Shown in pieces: positions 40,488 to 50,865 of a stretch of 64,000 bases of DNA; positions within the stretch are counted from its first letter, which is position 1; every line of letters starts with the position of its first letter. The position numbers were made by a program, and so were the translations under genes. The stretch covers positions 1,728,001 through 1,792,000 of the forward strand of contig CBDCGL010000011.1 of NCBI GenBank assembly GCA_965216755.1, given 5' to 3'. The DNA is from Alphaproteobacteria bacterium. Lineage in GTDB: Bacteria; Pseudomonadota; Alphaproteobacteria; UBA7887. The notes under the pieces were generated by a model, which was not told where the DNA came from, ran no database searches, and was given only the letters and a program-made list of their open reading frames with translations.

Positions 40488-41114
40488 CTAGCCGGCGATC
40501 GGCCACCCTGGCCGGTCCATGCGAAACACGTCACGCACGCGCACATAGTCCATGTAACCGAGTCGTCCGATCACATCGAGCCGCGCAAAGTCGACCATGC
40601 CATCGACCAGAACCGCGTCATCGATATGGACGCCGACGACCTTGCCGATCACCATGTTGGCCGGCTGATCCGGTCGCGTGCTGAGCAGCGGGACCGTCTG
40701 CAAATATTCGCATTCCAAATGAACCGGGCTTTCGGCGACGCGCGGCGCGGCGACCAGCTCCGCTGGCGCCTTGGTCAACCTGGCGACTTCGAACTCGTCG
40801 ACATCATGGGGCGCCGGACTTGCGGATCGGTTCATTGCCTCGCGAGTCTCCCATGTTGCCAAATTGACGACGTAACCGCCGGTAGCCTCGATATTGGCGA
40901 TCGTGTCCTTCAAGCCGCCGGCCTCATGCGGCCCGGTCGCGGAAAACATCACCTGAGGCGGCGTGTACGCAACGCCGTTGAAAAACGAATATGGCGCGAG
41001 GTTGACGACACCATCGGCGTCAACCGAGGAAATCCACCCGATGGGGCGCGGGACCACCAGAGCGTTGAACGGATTGTGCGGCAGGCCGTGAGGCAGATCG
41101 GTGCAATAGAACAT
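40488..41114 (-). CDS. Flavin reductase-like FMN-binding protein
   Basis: VVPRPIGWIS, NLAPYSFFN, KDT..NIE, RLGY.DY. Confidence 0.92.
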   Translation of the reverse strand: MFYCTDLPHGLPHNPFNALVVPRPIGWISSVDADGVVNLAPYSFFNGVAYTPPQVMFSATGPHEAGGLKDTIANIEATGGYVVNLATWETREAMNRSASPAPHDVDEFEVARLTKAPAELVAAPRVAESPVHLECEYLQTVPLLSTRPDQPANMVIGKVVGVHIDDAVLVDGMVDFARLDVIGRLGYMDYVRVRDVFRMDRPGWPIAG

Positions 41115-41239
41115 GTCGCCTTTGTCGCCGAACCACGGGCGGCGCGCAAGTCTTGTGGCAAATGACGGCTGGTCGCGCCGAGCCGTGGGGTCCACTAGAC
41201 TGTGCCCGCAAGACACCAATGCCTGTGGGGAGGTTAACG

Positions 41240-42241
41240 ATGGTCGATACGATCAAATGGGGCGTTTTGAGCACGGCGCGCATCGGTACCAATATCGTGA
41301 TTCCGGCGACGCAGGCGGCAGCGAACAATGAAGTCGCAGCAATCGCATCGCGCAATCCGGAGACCGCCAAGGTGGCCGCCGACCGGCTCGGCATTCCTAA
41401 AGCTTACGGCAACTACAACGACCTGCTGGCAGATCCCGATATCGACGCGATCTACAATCCGCTACCCAACGACATGCATCTGGAATGGACCAGCCGCGCG
41501 GCAGAGGCGGGCAAGCACGTCTTGAGCGAAAAGCCGCTTACCATGGACGTGGCGGAAGCCGAACGCATGCTCTCTGTTCGCGATCGCTGTGGCGTACATA
41601 TCGTCGAAGCCTTCATGGTCCGCTATCATCCGCGTTGGTTGCGGGCGCGCGAACTGGTCCAGTCCGGTCGACTCGGCGAGATCCGTCTTATTCAGACGAT
41701 CTTCTCGCGCTTCAACGTCGATCAGGATGATATCCGCAATCGACACCAAACCGGCGGCGGCGCGATTTATGACAAAGGCAGCTACGCACTGACCACCGCA
41801 CGGTTCATACTTGGCAAAGAACCCGAACGGCTGGTTGCGCAATTCATGGTTGACCCGGAATTCGACGTCGATGTGGTGAGCAGCGTCGTCGCCGTCTTTC
41901 CGAACAATTGCCAATTGTCGTTCACTGCGGCAACGCAAATGGCCGACTTGCAGCGCGTCGAAATTTTCGGCACCGATGGACGCCTGACCGTGGATCGCGC
42001 GTTTACCCCGCCACCCGACCAACCGACCACACTGACCATCGACGTTGGCGCCCACCCGGAAACCGTCGAGACCGAGCAATTTGAACCGGTCAATCAATAC
42101 ACGGCCCAGGCCGAGTCATTCGCGCGGGTTATCCGCGGCGAAATCGCGCCGCCTTGGCCGCTTGAAGACGCCATCCGAAACATGCGTGCCATCGACGCAA
42201 CCTTCCGCTCCCATCAGACCGGTCAATGGGCCTCTGTTTAG
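41240..42241 (+). CDS. Gfo/Idh/MocA oxidoreductase
   Basis: WGVLSTA.IG, YNPLPN..H, GKHVLSEKP, EAFM. Confidence 0.93.
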   Translation: MVDTIKWGVLSTARIGTNIVIPATQAAANNEVAAIASRNPETAKVAADRLGIPKAYGNYNDLLADPDIDAIYNPLPNDMHLEWTSRAAEAGKHVLSEKPLTMDVAEAERMLSVRDRCGVHIVEAFMVRYHPRWLRARELVQSGRLGEIRLIQTIFSRFNVDQDDIRNRHQTGGGAIYDKGSYALTTARFILGKEPERLVAQFMVDPEFDVDVVSSVVAVFPNNCQLSFTAATQMADLQRVEIFGTDGRLTVDRAFTPPPDQPTTLTIDVGAHPETVETEQFEPVNQYTAQAESFARVIRGEIAPPWPLEDAIRNMRAIDATFRSHQTGQWASV

Positions 42242-42421
42242 GTTTCGCACTGCCATGAGGTTTGGGCATGGGCCCCGCCCGCTTCCGGGAGTGGAAAACC
42301 ACACGCGCGCGCGGGACAATGGCAGCAATCGAACGTTTGACTAAGGGCCCGCCCGTGTTGGTTGCCAGTGTAGATTTGGCGCCAGCTGGTGGCCCGATTG
42401 CATCGTCTGGAGGGACTTGCC

Positions 42422-43588
42422 GTGAGCGTCAATACCGACACGCCGCTTTTGTTTTCACCCATCGAACTCCGTGGCGTTATGGCCAAGAACCGGATTGTCG
42501 TGTCGCCGATGTGCCAATATGCCGCCGAAGACGGCATGCCCAACGATTGGCACCTGGTTCATCTCGGCAAATTCGCGACCGGCGGTGCCGGCATCGTATT
42601 TACGGAAGCGACGGCGGTCGAGAAACGCGGTCGCATTACCCATGGCGATGTCGGTCTGTGGAACGACGAACATGTTCCGGGCCACAAGCGCATTACCGAT
42701 TTTCTGCGCGCCAATGGCGCCTTGTCGGCCGTTCAGCTGGCCCATGCCGGTCGCAAGGCGAGCATGCAACGGCCCTGGTTCGGCAACGCCGCGCTTAACG
42801 ACGATGATATCGCGCGCGGCGACAAACCATGGAATATCGTTGGCGCGAGCCCATTGCCCGTGGACCAAGGCTGGTTGGTGCCGCACGAACTGAGCCCGGC
42901 CGAGATCGTTGAACTCGTCGACAGATGGGCGGCCGCCACCAAACGCGCGGTTCAGGCCGGGTACGACATTCTGGAAATCCACGGCGCCCACGGTTATTTG
43001 ATCCAAAGCTTCCTGTCGCCAATTGGCAATGTCCGCACCGACGGCTATGGCGGCGATCTCAAGGGACGCATGCGCCTGGCATTGGAGGTGACCGAAGCCG
43101 TGCGGCCGCTTTGGCCCGAAGATCGACCTCTGTTCTTCCGCGTTTCGTCAGTCGACGGTGTCGAAGGCGGCTGGACATTGGACGATACCGTGTCATTGGC
43201 GCGCGAACTCAAGGCTCGCGGCGTCGATGTTATTGATTGCTCCTCTGGCGGCATCGGTGGCTCGGCGACGGCCGCGCGAGTCAAGCGCCAGCCAGGGTTC
43301 CAAGTGCCCTTCGCAGAGCGGGTGCGGCGCGACGGCGGCATCAAGACCCAAGCGGTCGGATTGATCACCCACCCGGTTCAGGCCGAAGAAATCATGGCCG
43401 CCGGCCAAGCCGATTTGATCGCGCTCGGGCGCGAGGTTCTCTATGACCCCTATTGGCCCCACCACGCGGCACAAATGCTGGGTGCGGACCCGCAATTTGC
43501 CGACATGCCCAAGCAATATGGCTGGTGGCTTGTGCGACGCGCGCGTTCGTCCGAATTCTACCAGCCACAGCCGGCAGCGGCGGAATAA
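42422..43588 (+). CDS. NADH:flavin oxidoreductase / old yellow enzyme (YqjM-like)
   Basis: NRIVVSPMCQY, QLAHAGRKAS, EIHGAHGYL, RTDGYGG. Confidence 0.95.
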   Translation: MSVNTDTPLLFSPIELRGVMAKNRIVVSPMCQYAAEDGMPNDWHLVHLGKFATGGAGIVFTEATAVEKRGRITHGDVGLWNDEHVPGHKRITDFLRANGALSAVQLAHAGRKASMQRPWFGNAALNDDDIARGDKPWNIVGASPLPVDQGWLVPHELSPAEIVELVDRWAAATKRAVQAGYDILEIHGAHGYLIQSFLSPIGNVRTDGYGGDLKGRMRLALEVTEAVRPLWPEDRPLFFRVSSVDGVEGGWTLDDTVSLARELKARGVDVIDCSSGGIGGSATAARVKRQPGFQVPFAERVRRDGGIKTQAVGLITHPVQAEEIMAAGQADLIALGREVLYDPYWPHHAAQMLGADPQFADMPKQYGWWLVRRARSSEFYQPQPAAAE

Positions 43589-43608
43589 CGGTCGGGCGCC
43601 ATACGGGA

Positions 43609-44310
43609 TCAGGCGTCGTCGCGTCCGCCCAACCAACGATAGACGAAGCCGCCAACGACGGCGCCGACCAAAGGTGCCAACCAAAACAGCCACAGCTGCT
43701 GAAGCGCCCAACCGCCAACAAAAAGCGCCTGGCCGGTTGAGCGCGCCGGATTGACCGATGTATTGGTGACCGGAATAGAGATCAGGTGGATCAAGGTTAG
43801 GCCGAGGCCGATCGCCAAAGGGGCAAAACCGACCGGCGCACTCTTGTCGGTCGTACCCATGATGATGATCAGGAAAAAGAATGTGAGCACGATCTCTGCC
43901 ACCAACGCCGCACCCAAGGTGTAGCCGCCCGGCGAGTGATCGCCATAGCCGTTGGCGGCGAACCCATCCGCAACGGAAAACCCCGCCGCCCCGGATGCAA
44001 TAACGAACAAGACCGCCGCAGCGGCGACGGCACCAAGAACTTGCGCGATCCAATAGGGCAAGATTTCGCCTGATGGGAAACGCCCACCGGCCCAAAGCCC
44101 CAATGTCACCGCGGGATTAAAATGACCGCCCGAAATGTGGCCGACGGCATAGGCCATGGTCAACACAGTCAAACCAAAAGCGAGTGAGACGCCGACCAGA
44201 CCAATGCCGATCTCGGGAAACCCGGCTGCCAAGACAGCCGAACCACACCCGCCAAAAACAAGCCAAAAGGTGCCGAAAAATTCGGCGCCTAAACGTTGCA
44301 AACCTGGCAT
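43609..44310 (-). CDS. aqpZ: Aquaporin Z
   Basis: [30 protein letters not shown]. Confidence 0.97.
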   Translation of the reverse strand: MPGLQRLGAEFFGTFWLVFGGCGSAVLAAGFPEIGIGLVGVSLAFGLTVLTMAYAVGHISGGHFNPAVTLGLWAGGRFPSGEILPYWIAQVLGAVAAAAVLFVIASGAAGFSVADGFAANGYGDHSPGGYTLGAALVAEIVLTFFFLIIIMGTTDKSAPVGFAPLAIGLGLTLIHLISIPVTNTSVNPARSTGQALFVGGWALQQLWLFWLAPLVGAVVGGFVYRWLGGRDDA

Positions 44311-44463
44311 GTCATAAGCCCCCTAAGTCACACCTATCGAAACGCATCGGACGACAACACTGTTATACGCGGTGTTTCATCGGTTGCGCATCATTCAATC
44401 CGTAGCTCAACTCACAATGTCCGATCCGGCCGTGTCGGCCATCCGTCGACACATAATTCTGAA

Positions 44464-44673
44464 TCAGGTCATGCATTTGCCCCGGTCGTTAACGATCTTC
44501 GCATTAGACCGCGGAGGGACAATGTCTGCCGTCCGGCCACCGTGTGGTCTAGATCCACGGCCATCGATCGTCACGACAACGGCCTCGCGAACCAATGCCA
44601 TGGCGCATCCACGACCGAGCCCGCGGCTGGACCCACAGATCATCGCATTCTTGCCATCTCGTCTAAGATCCTC
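44464..44673 (-). pseudogene. Remnant of an SDR oxidoreductase (N-terminal Rossmann motif)
   Basis: DL..DGKNAMICGSSRGLGRGCAMALVREAVVVTIDGR after AAGGGG RBS; GAG where a start codon is expected; early stop. Confidence 0.65.
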
Positions 44674-44868
44674 TGTCGATTTCCCCTTGCCCGCTTGTTG
44701 TTTGATCCAGCGTCCGATCACCCCCGCCCGACCAGCAACCGTACGGTTGGCTCACTCCAACTTCACGGTCCATGCGTTGCAGTCGGGTCTGCCATTACCT
44801 CAAAGCGCGTCTCTCCGCCGAGATACTGGCAGCCGGATGCAGCTGCCGTGTAACCTTGGCCCAGGCAG

Positions 44869-47800
44869 GTGACAGTGATCGATATACGAGAATGGATGAA
44901 AGGCCTGGGCTTGGGCCAATACGCCGATGTGTTCGCACAGAATCACATCGACGAGACCCTATTGCCTGAACTAACCGAAGCCGACCTCGCAGACCTCGGT
45001 CTCAGTCTCGGCCATCGACGCAAACTACTGAAGGCGATTCGTGCGCGCGCTGCGCCGACGCGCGCGCGACCTCCAACACAAAACGAACAAGAGCCCACCG
45101 ACCTGAAGGCGCCGACGGAAAACGACTTGGAGCCGCAGGCCGAACGTCGACAGCTCACCATCATGTTTTGCAATTTGATCGACGCCGACAGGCGATCGGA
45201 GCAAATCGACCCGGAAGACCTGCAGGCTCTTATGCGCGCGTACCAACAGACCGGAACCACCGTAATAGACACCTATGATGGCCACATCGCCCAGTATTTG
45301 GCCGATGGATTCATGGCCTATTTTGGTTGGCCAACGGCACACGAGGACGATGCCGAGCGCGCCATCCGAGCAGCACTTGACATCGTCGAAGCAATCAAGG
45401 CCGTGGATGCGAAACCGAGCCTACACGTTCACATCGGCGTGGCGACCGGCCCCGTCGTCGTTGGGGATTTGGCGCTTGACCAGGCCGTGCACGCTGCGCG
45501 AATTACGCCGGCGCACGCGGTCGGCGCGACGCCCAACCTAGCCGCACGGTTACAGGGCCTTGCCCGCGCCGACGAAATCGTCATCGCGCCGTCGACTCGT
45601 CAACTTGTCGGCGCGGCCTTTGACCTCGAGGACCACGGCGAACACGCGTTGAAAGGCATTGTCGAGCCCGTCCGCGCGTGGCGGATCCGCGGTCTCGCTG
45701 ATATCGCCGGCCGTTTTGAAGCGCGCACGCAGCAGTTAACGCCCCTGGTCGGCCGCCAAAGCGAGATTGCGCTGCTCCTGGAACGTTGGGAAACGGCGAA
45801 AACCGGTGAAGGGCAAGTTGTGCTGCTCAGCGGCGAACCTGGCATCGGGAAAAGCCGAACCACACAAGCCCTACGGCATCACGTCGCCGACCAGGCACAT
45901 ATACGATTACGCTATCAATGTTCTCCTTACTATTCTAATTCGGCGCTCCATCCCTTCATCAATCAGTTTGAAGCTGCTGCACGATTTACGCCGAAGGACA
46001 CAGCTGCGCAAAAGCTTGATAAAGTCGAAAAGGTGCTACGCCAAGCGACGAACGACATAGCCGATATCGCGCCCCTGTTTGCTGCGATGTTGTCTCTGGA
46101 TACGGCAAACCGCTACCCGCCGCTCAACATGACGCCGCAGCAGCAAAAAGATCAAACGCTGCTCGCATTGACAAACCAAATCGAAGCGCTCTCGGAAAAG
46201 CTACCCGTATTGGTGATATTCGAAGATGCCCATTGGGTCGATCCCACGACGCAAGAGGTCTTGGAGCGGCTTATCGGCTGTATCACCAACCGGCGTGTTT
46301 TGCTGGTGATTACTCACAGGCCCGAATATGACGCCAACGCTCTGCATGCGGGCCATGTCACGTCATTGAGCTTGGCGCGGCTGGACCGCCGGCACGCGGC
46401 ATCCATCGCAACGGCCGTCGCGCGTGACACCCGCCTCGCCGATCGCGTTCTCGAACAAATCGTCGCTGGCACCGATGGCGTACCCTTGTTCATCGAAGAA
46501 CTGACGAAAACAGTGATCGAGACGGCCGCAGAGAAATCATCCACGCAAAATCAACCAACCGCGGGCAGCCCGCTACCTCTTTCAATCCCGACCAGTTTGC
46601 AGGATTCGTTGACGGCACGTCTGGACCGATTGGGCCCCGTGAAAGAGGTTGCACAACTTGCGGCAACACTCGGCCGCAGTTTTCGTCATGATCTTCTTCT
46701 CGCCCTGGCGCCAGACAGGCGCGAAGAGCTCGAATCGGCAATTCGGGCATTGGAAGCCGCTGAGCTTATATTCCGCCGCGGCGCTGCGCCCAATATGAGC
46801 TACCAGTTTAAGCACGCACTCGTGCAAGAGGCGGCGTACAACTCGCTCCTGATCAGTCGAAGACAGCGGCATCACGCACATATTGCCCGCACATTGGAGG
46901 CAAGGTTTCCGGAACGCGCGGAAACCGAGCCGGAATACCTGGCCCATCATTACACAGAGGCCGGACTAGCCGAGCAAGCCATCGACCATTGGCTCAAGGC
47001 CGGCCGTCGGTCGACCGAGAATGTCGCGAATGTCGAGGCCGTCGCCCAATTACACCGTGGGCTGGAACTTGTTGAGGCGTTGCCCAAGGATGGTCAACTC
47101 CAACAGCGCAAGGAACTCGATCTGCAGGTGGCCCTCGGGCCATCTCTCATTTCGACACAAGGTTATTTAGCACAGGAAACGGAAGTATGCTACGCGCGTG
47201 CCCTTTCGTTGTGCCACGCGCTTGGTGATCCGCCGGAGTTGTTTCCGATTCTCTATGGGCTATGGGTTATTCGCTTTATCCGTGCCGAGCTCGACAAGGC
47301 CCGAACACTTGGGGAAGATTTCTTGCGACGCGCTAAGGCATCCAAGGATCGGGTCGCTCTCATTTCAGCCCACAGAACTTTGGGATCTGCCCAGTTGGTT
47401 TTGGGAAATTTGTCAGATGCCCGTAAAGATCTGGAGCGCACAATCGAACTTTATGACCCGCAGCGAGATCGCTGGCTCGGTCACGTCTATTCGCTGGACC
47501 CCTACGTCACGGCCAAGGCTTACCTGTCCTGGACCTATTGGTGCCTGGGCTATCCGGGTCGCGCACTCGCCACAATCCGTGACGCGCGTGCCTTTGGTGA
47601 GGACATCTCGCAGCCCTACAGTCTAGCCCTTGAGCTGATGTTTGAAGCGATGATCCAATTCCTGTGCGGCGAGTGGACGCAGGCGCAACATGAGGCAGAG
47701 ACATGCTTGGCTGTCGCGTCCGAACATGGATTCCCGTATTGGCTTGCGTTCACCCATATCGTCAGGGGTTGGGCGCTGATCAAGGGCGGTGAAATTGACA

Positions 47801-48252
47801 CCGGCATGACCGAAGTATTGCGTGGGATCTCACATTACCGTCAAATTGATGGCGGCCTCTATTGGCCAATGGCGCATTGTGCGCTGGCCGATGGGTACAC
47901 GGCACAAGGCCAAATTGAATCGGCGCTCGCCGCGCTTGAAGACGCGACCCAGGCCGCCGCGAACACTAGCGAACATTGGATGGCGCCCGAGACCGTGCGT
48001 CTCAAGGGCGAGATTTTGGCGGAATCGGATATGGCAGCGGCCGAAGCATGCTTTGCCGCCGCAATATTACGGGCGGAAGCGCAAGACGCCAAATCTTGGC
48101 AACTCCGCGCCGCGACATCGCAAGCCCGCCTGTGGCGTCGCCATGGCATGGCCGACAAAGCACGCGATTTGCTCACTCCCATTTACAGCTGGTTCTCGGA
48201 AGGGCTCGAGACCGCCGACCTTCGCGCCGCGAAAGCTCTATTGGCCCCTTAA
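44869..48252 (+). CDS. SAM / class III cyclase / AAA ATPase / TPR-like multidomain protein
   Basis: SAM W..GLGLGQY..F, AERRQLT, AHEDDAERA, PNLAARLQ, Walker A GEPGIGKS, Walker B FEDAHW, Y.FKHALVQ, W.LRAATS. Confidence 0.93.
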   Translation: MTVIDIREWMKGLGLGQYADVFAQNHIDETLLPELTEADLADLGLSLGHRRKLLKAIRARAAPTRARPPTQNEQEPTDLKAPTENDLEPQAERRQLTIMFCNLIDADRRSEQIDPEDLQALMRAYQQTGTTVIDTYDGHIAQYLADGFMAYFGWPTAHEDDAERAIRAALDIVEAIKAVDAKPSLHVHIGVATGPVVVGDLALDQAVHAARITPAHAVGATPNLAARLQGLARADEIVIAPSTRQLVGAAFDLEDHGEHALKGIVEPVRAWRIRGLADIAGRFEARTQQLTPLVGRQSEIALLLERWETAKTGEGQVVLLSGEPGIGKSRTTQALRHHVADQAHIRLRYQCSPYYSNSALHPFINQFEAAARFTPKDTAAQKLDKVEKVLRQATNDIADIAPLFAAMLSLDTANRYPPLNMTPQQQKDQTLLALTNQIEALSEKLPVLVIFEDAHWVDPTTQEVLERLIGCITNRRVLLVITHRPEYDANALHAGHVTSLSLARLDRRHAASIATAVARDTRLADRVLEQIVAGTDGVPLFIEELTKTVIETAAEKSSTQNQPTAGSPLPLSIPTSLQDSLTARLDRLGPVKEVAQLAATLGRSFRHDLLLALAPDRREELESAIRALEAAELIFRRGAAPNMSYQFKHALVQEAAYNSLLISRRQRHHAHIARTLEARFPERAETEPEYLAHHYTEAGLAEQAIDHWLKAGRRSTENVANVEAVAQLHRGLELVEALPKDGQLQQRKELDLQVALGPSLISTQGYLAQETEVCYARALSLCHALGDPPELFPILYGLWVIRFIRAELDKARTLGEDFLRRAKASKDRVALISAHRTLGSAQLVLGNLSDARKDLERTIELYDPQRDRWLGHVYSLDPYVTAKAYLSWTYWCLGYPGRALATIRDARAFGEDISQPYSLALELMFEAMIQFLCGEWTQAQHEAETCLAVASEHGFPYWLAFTHIVRGWALIKGGEIDTGMTEVLRGISHYRQIDGGLYWPMAHCALADGYTAQGQIESALAALEDATQAAANTSEHWMAPETVRLKGEILAESDMAAAEACFAAAILRAEAQDAKSWQLRAATSQARLWRRHGMADKARDLLTPIYSWFSEGLETADLRAAKALLAP

Positions 48253-48293
48253 CGCCAAGCAGCGAACACTCAAGAGCTCGCGCTAGCAGGTTG

Positions 48294-49058
48294 CTAAGCT
48301 TCGATCTCAGGCCAAAGGACGTTGTCGACCTTTGTCAAAGCCGCGTCCAGAGTAACCGGGGTCAACTGTAGGCCGCGCGATACGGCCGTCAACAACAACC
48401 GTTGATCGCCAACCTCGAAAATCCGGCAAAGGGTTTCCTTGTTTTCGTCGTCGTGTATGAGCAGAGATAAAGGTGTCGCCTCGCCACCACGCGCGGCGCG
48501 ATCCGCAAACAACAAAACGAGTGAGGACAATGCGGCCAGGCGATCCAAATCGCGCGCATTGCTGCTGGCTGACAAAGGCAGACCATTGTCATCGCTCAGC
48601 AGCACCGCTTCGAATTGACCCTTTTCCGAAATCTGGTCCAACAGATGGGTTAGGTCGCTGCGACGCCCATGCCCGGTTTGAACATCGGAAAGCTCCAGCG
48701 ACAACCGTTCCCGTTTCATGAGCGGCGTCAAGATATCTTGAACAATGACACGGAGGTCCTCGACTTCCTTGTCACGCCGGACGAGCGGATGAATAGCTTC
48801 CTTAATTATTTCATGAACGCTGTTATTCTGCTCCAGCAAAACTTCGAATGTGCGATCTCGATTTGACGTCAGCGCCTCTGCCGTTGCCTGTTGATAGGCA
48901 AGGTCTTCGCGCGCCCGCATAACGTCGTTCAGCAAACGGCGCGCCTGCTGGCGTAGCCGCGATCGGGCGCGGAACCCCTGCCGAGCTCCGAATATATAGC
49001 CTGCCAATAATAGTGCGGCGCCGGAGCCAACGCCTATGAAGACGATGAACGCGATCAT
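48294..49058 (-). CDS. Membrane-anchored coiled-coil protein with C-terminal roadblock/LC7-like domain
   Basis: N-terminal TM, coiled coil, then LLDQI..KGQFEAVLLSDDNGLPLSAS...DRLAALSSL roadblock pattern. Confidence 0.8.
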   Translation of the reverse strand: MIAFIVFIGVGSGAALLLAGYIFGARQGFRARSRLRQQARRLLNDVMRAREDLAYQQATAEALTSNRDRTFEVLLEQNNSVHEIIKEAIHPLVRRDKEVEDLRVIVQDILTPLMKRERLSLELSDVQTGHGRRSDLTHLLDQISEKGQFEAVLLSDDNGLPLSASSNARDLDRLAALSSLVLLFADRAARGGEATPLSLLIHDDENKETLCRIFEVGDQRLLLTAVSRGLQLTPVTLDAALTKVDNVLWPEIEA

Positions 49059-49963
49059 GATCCTCCCTCCGCGCTCGGTTCTTCACAGACGGCGGCGTCA
49101 TCCACAAACACATGAACACGCCGGTTTGCGCCCGACCACCCCGGCATGCCAACTACAGGCTTTGTTTCTCCAAATCCCGTTCGGCGCAGCCGGTACTCCG
49201 GAACACCCGCGGCCGTCAACATTTCGGCTACCGCCAATGCACGCAGCTGACTGACAGCGAGGTTTCGGTGAACTCCGCCCCAAGAGTCGGCATGCCCTTC
49301 GATAGTCACTATGGCCGATGGGTGGTCACGCAACCATTTTGTTAATCGGGCGATGTCGGCTTGCGGCAAAACTGCTTTAGGTTTGGTGTCGTTAAACCCA
49401 AAATTGACCGACAGCATGGGCGGGCACGATTTTGATCCTGCCGTCGTCGTCGTCCGTGGCGCGATGGACCGATCCGCAGCGTCTACCAGGCCGATACCCG
49501 TGGTATCTCGCATGAGGATCTCTCTCGCATCTTCGAACCGTCCGTACAGCATCAATGCGCGCGCCCGCTGCATCCGTTGTAATCGACTGTCAAGATCCTC
49601 GATGGTCTGATCAATATCGACGTTTAGTGGTGCCCGCCGCGGCGCCACCATCGGCGCTTTGTCGGCCGCGCCGACCAATTTGCCACGGCGCATGTCTTTG
49701 TCCGCCAAAGCAGGCTGTACCATTATCGTCGCTGAGTGCGCTAAAGGCCGTGTCGGCGTCGAACCCGCAACGAATGGCTTCCCTGCAAGTCCCGACCAGA
49801 CTTCGACAAACGACGGCACCTCGCCCCGCGAAAACATGACCCAACCGCCGGCGAATGAAATCATAATCGCCATGATTGCAATGGCTGTTGCCATCGGCGA
49901 CGTAACGGTTTCGCAAAACACGTCAAATTCTTCGGGTATGCGCAAGGCATGATCAGAGAACAT
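49055..49963 (-). CDS. Membrane-anchored OmpA-C (peptidoglycan-binding) protein
   Basis: N-terminal TM; VNFGFN, IEGHADSWG, NL.VSQ.RA.AV, GFGETKP, NRRV. Confidence 0.88.
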   Translation of the reverse strand: MFSDHALRIPEEFDVFCETVTSPMATAIAIMAIMISFAGGWVMFSRGEVPSFVEVWSGLAGKPFVAGSTPTRPLAHSATIMVQPALADKDMRRGKLVGAADKAPMVAPRRAPLNVDIDQTIEDLDSRLQRMQRARALMLYGRFEDAREILMRDTTGIGLVDAADRSIAPRTTTTAGSKSCPPMLSVNFGFNDTKPKAVLPQADIARLTKWLRDHPSAIVTIEGHADSWGGVHRNLAVSQLRALAVAEMLTAAGVPEYRLRRTGFGETKPVVGMPGWSGANRRVHVFVDDAAVCEEPSAEGGS

Positions 49964-50039
49964 CTCAAAACTGGCCTCCCCCGTTTAGCCTCTGGTGCGC
50001 CCGTCATGCGACTGCGGCGGCCGGGACCGTCGAGACCAT

Positions 50040-50801
50040 CTACAATTCAGGCACCCGAAACAGATCGCTCACTACGTCGACGCCGCATTCCAACGTGGCA
50101 CACCAATCAATGAACTTGTTCACCATCTTTTTGCCCTCAAAGACGGCGCCATGTTGCGGAGCAATCATCTCGATATCCAAGGCCCGCACCATTTCGGCCC
50201 ACGCCCGCATGACACGATTTGACGCCATATAGCGGCGATGAAATCCATCCATGAAAGATAGATGGTCGTCGAAATCAGGCACGATTGTGTAATCCATGCC
50301 CAGCGACGCCCCAAGATCGCCGCTGTAAAGGATCTTGGCGACTGGATCGTAAAGCTGAAAATTGCCAACGCTGTGCAGAAAATGGGCAGGCAAGGCCGCC
50401 AACTGGGCGCCATCAAGGTCGAAAACCATGCCTTCGTCGGGGATCGGATGCAAACGCTCTTCAACCAGATGATCAAGCCCGAAATGAGGAACGAAGCGAA
50501 TCCACAATTGCGAAACGTAGGCATCCGCGTCCGTGGTCATAAGCCAACCATTGACGGCCGCGACAATGTCCGGATCTTGATGAGACAGGAATATATACCG
50601 CAACGACATGCGTCCCAGCAGCGACATCGTCGCACCGAGGACCTTGCCATAAACCTTGTGGCCGCCGGGATCCAATATCATGCCCGACTCGCCATGGATG
50701 ATAACGTGCTGATTGGCTTGCACCGCCAGGCCACCAAGTCCAAAGTCTTCAAGCATGATGTTTTGATGGGTACCGTCGTCATAGAGGACAGTGTTTGGCA
50801 T
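50040..50801 (-). CDS. MBL-fold di-iron protein, ODP (oxygen-binding di-iron protein)-like
   Basis: VQANQ, LDPGG, SHQDPDI, AHFLHS.GNF, YSGDLG, FHRRYM, APQHG; no flavodoxin domain. Confidence 0.88.
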   Translation of the reverse strand: MPNTVLYDDGTHQNIMLEDFGLGGLAVQANQHVIIHGESGMILDPGGHKVYGKVLGATMSLLGRMSLRYIFLSHQDPDIVAAVNGWLMTTDADAYVSQLWIRFVPHFGLDHLVEERLHPIPDEGMVFDLDGAQLAALPAHFLHSVGNFQLYDPVAKILYSGDLGASLGMDYTIVPDFDDHLSFMDGFHRRYMASNRVMRAWAEMVRALDIEMIAPQHGAVFEGKKMVNKFIDWCATLECGVDVVSDLFRVPEL

Positions 50802-50865
50802 TCCGGCTCCTTTCTACGACATCGGGACATCATTGATCTCTGGCGACGCCCCGGCCCACGCAAAC

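Noticed and set aside
50040-50801. Beta-lactamase or flavodiiron (FprA) reductase
   Set aside because: HQDPD replaces HxHxDH, and there is no signal peptide or flavodoxin domain; it fits ODP better
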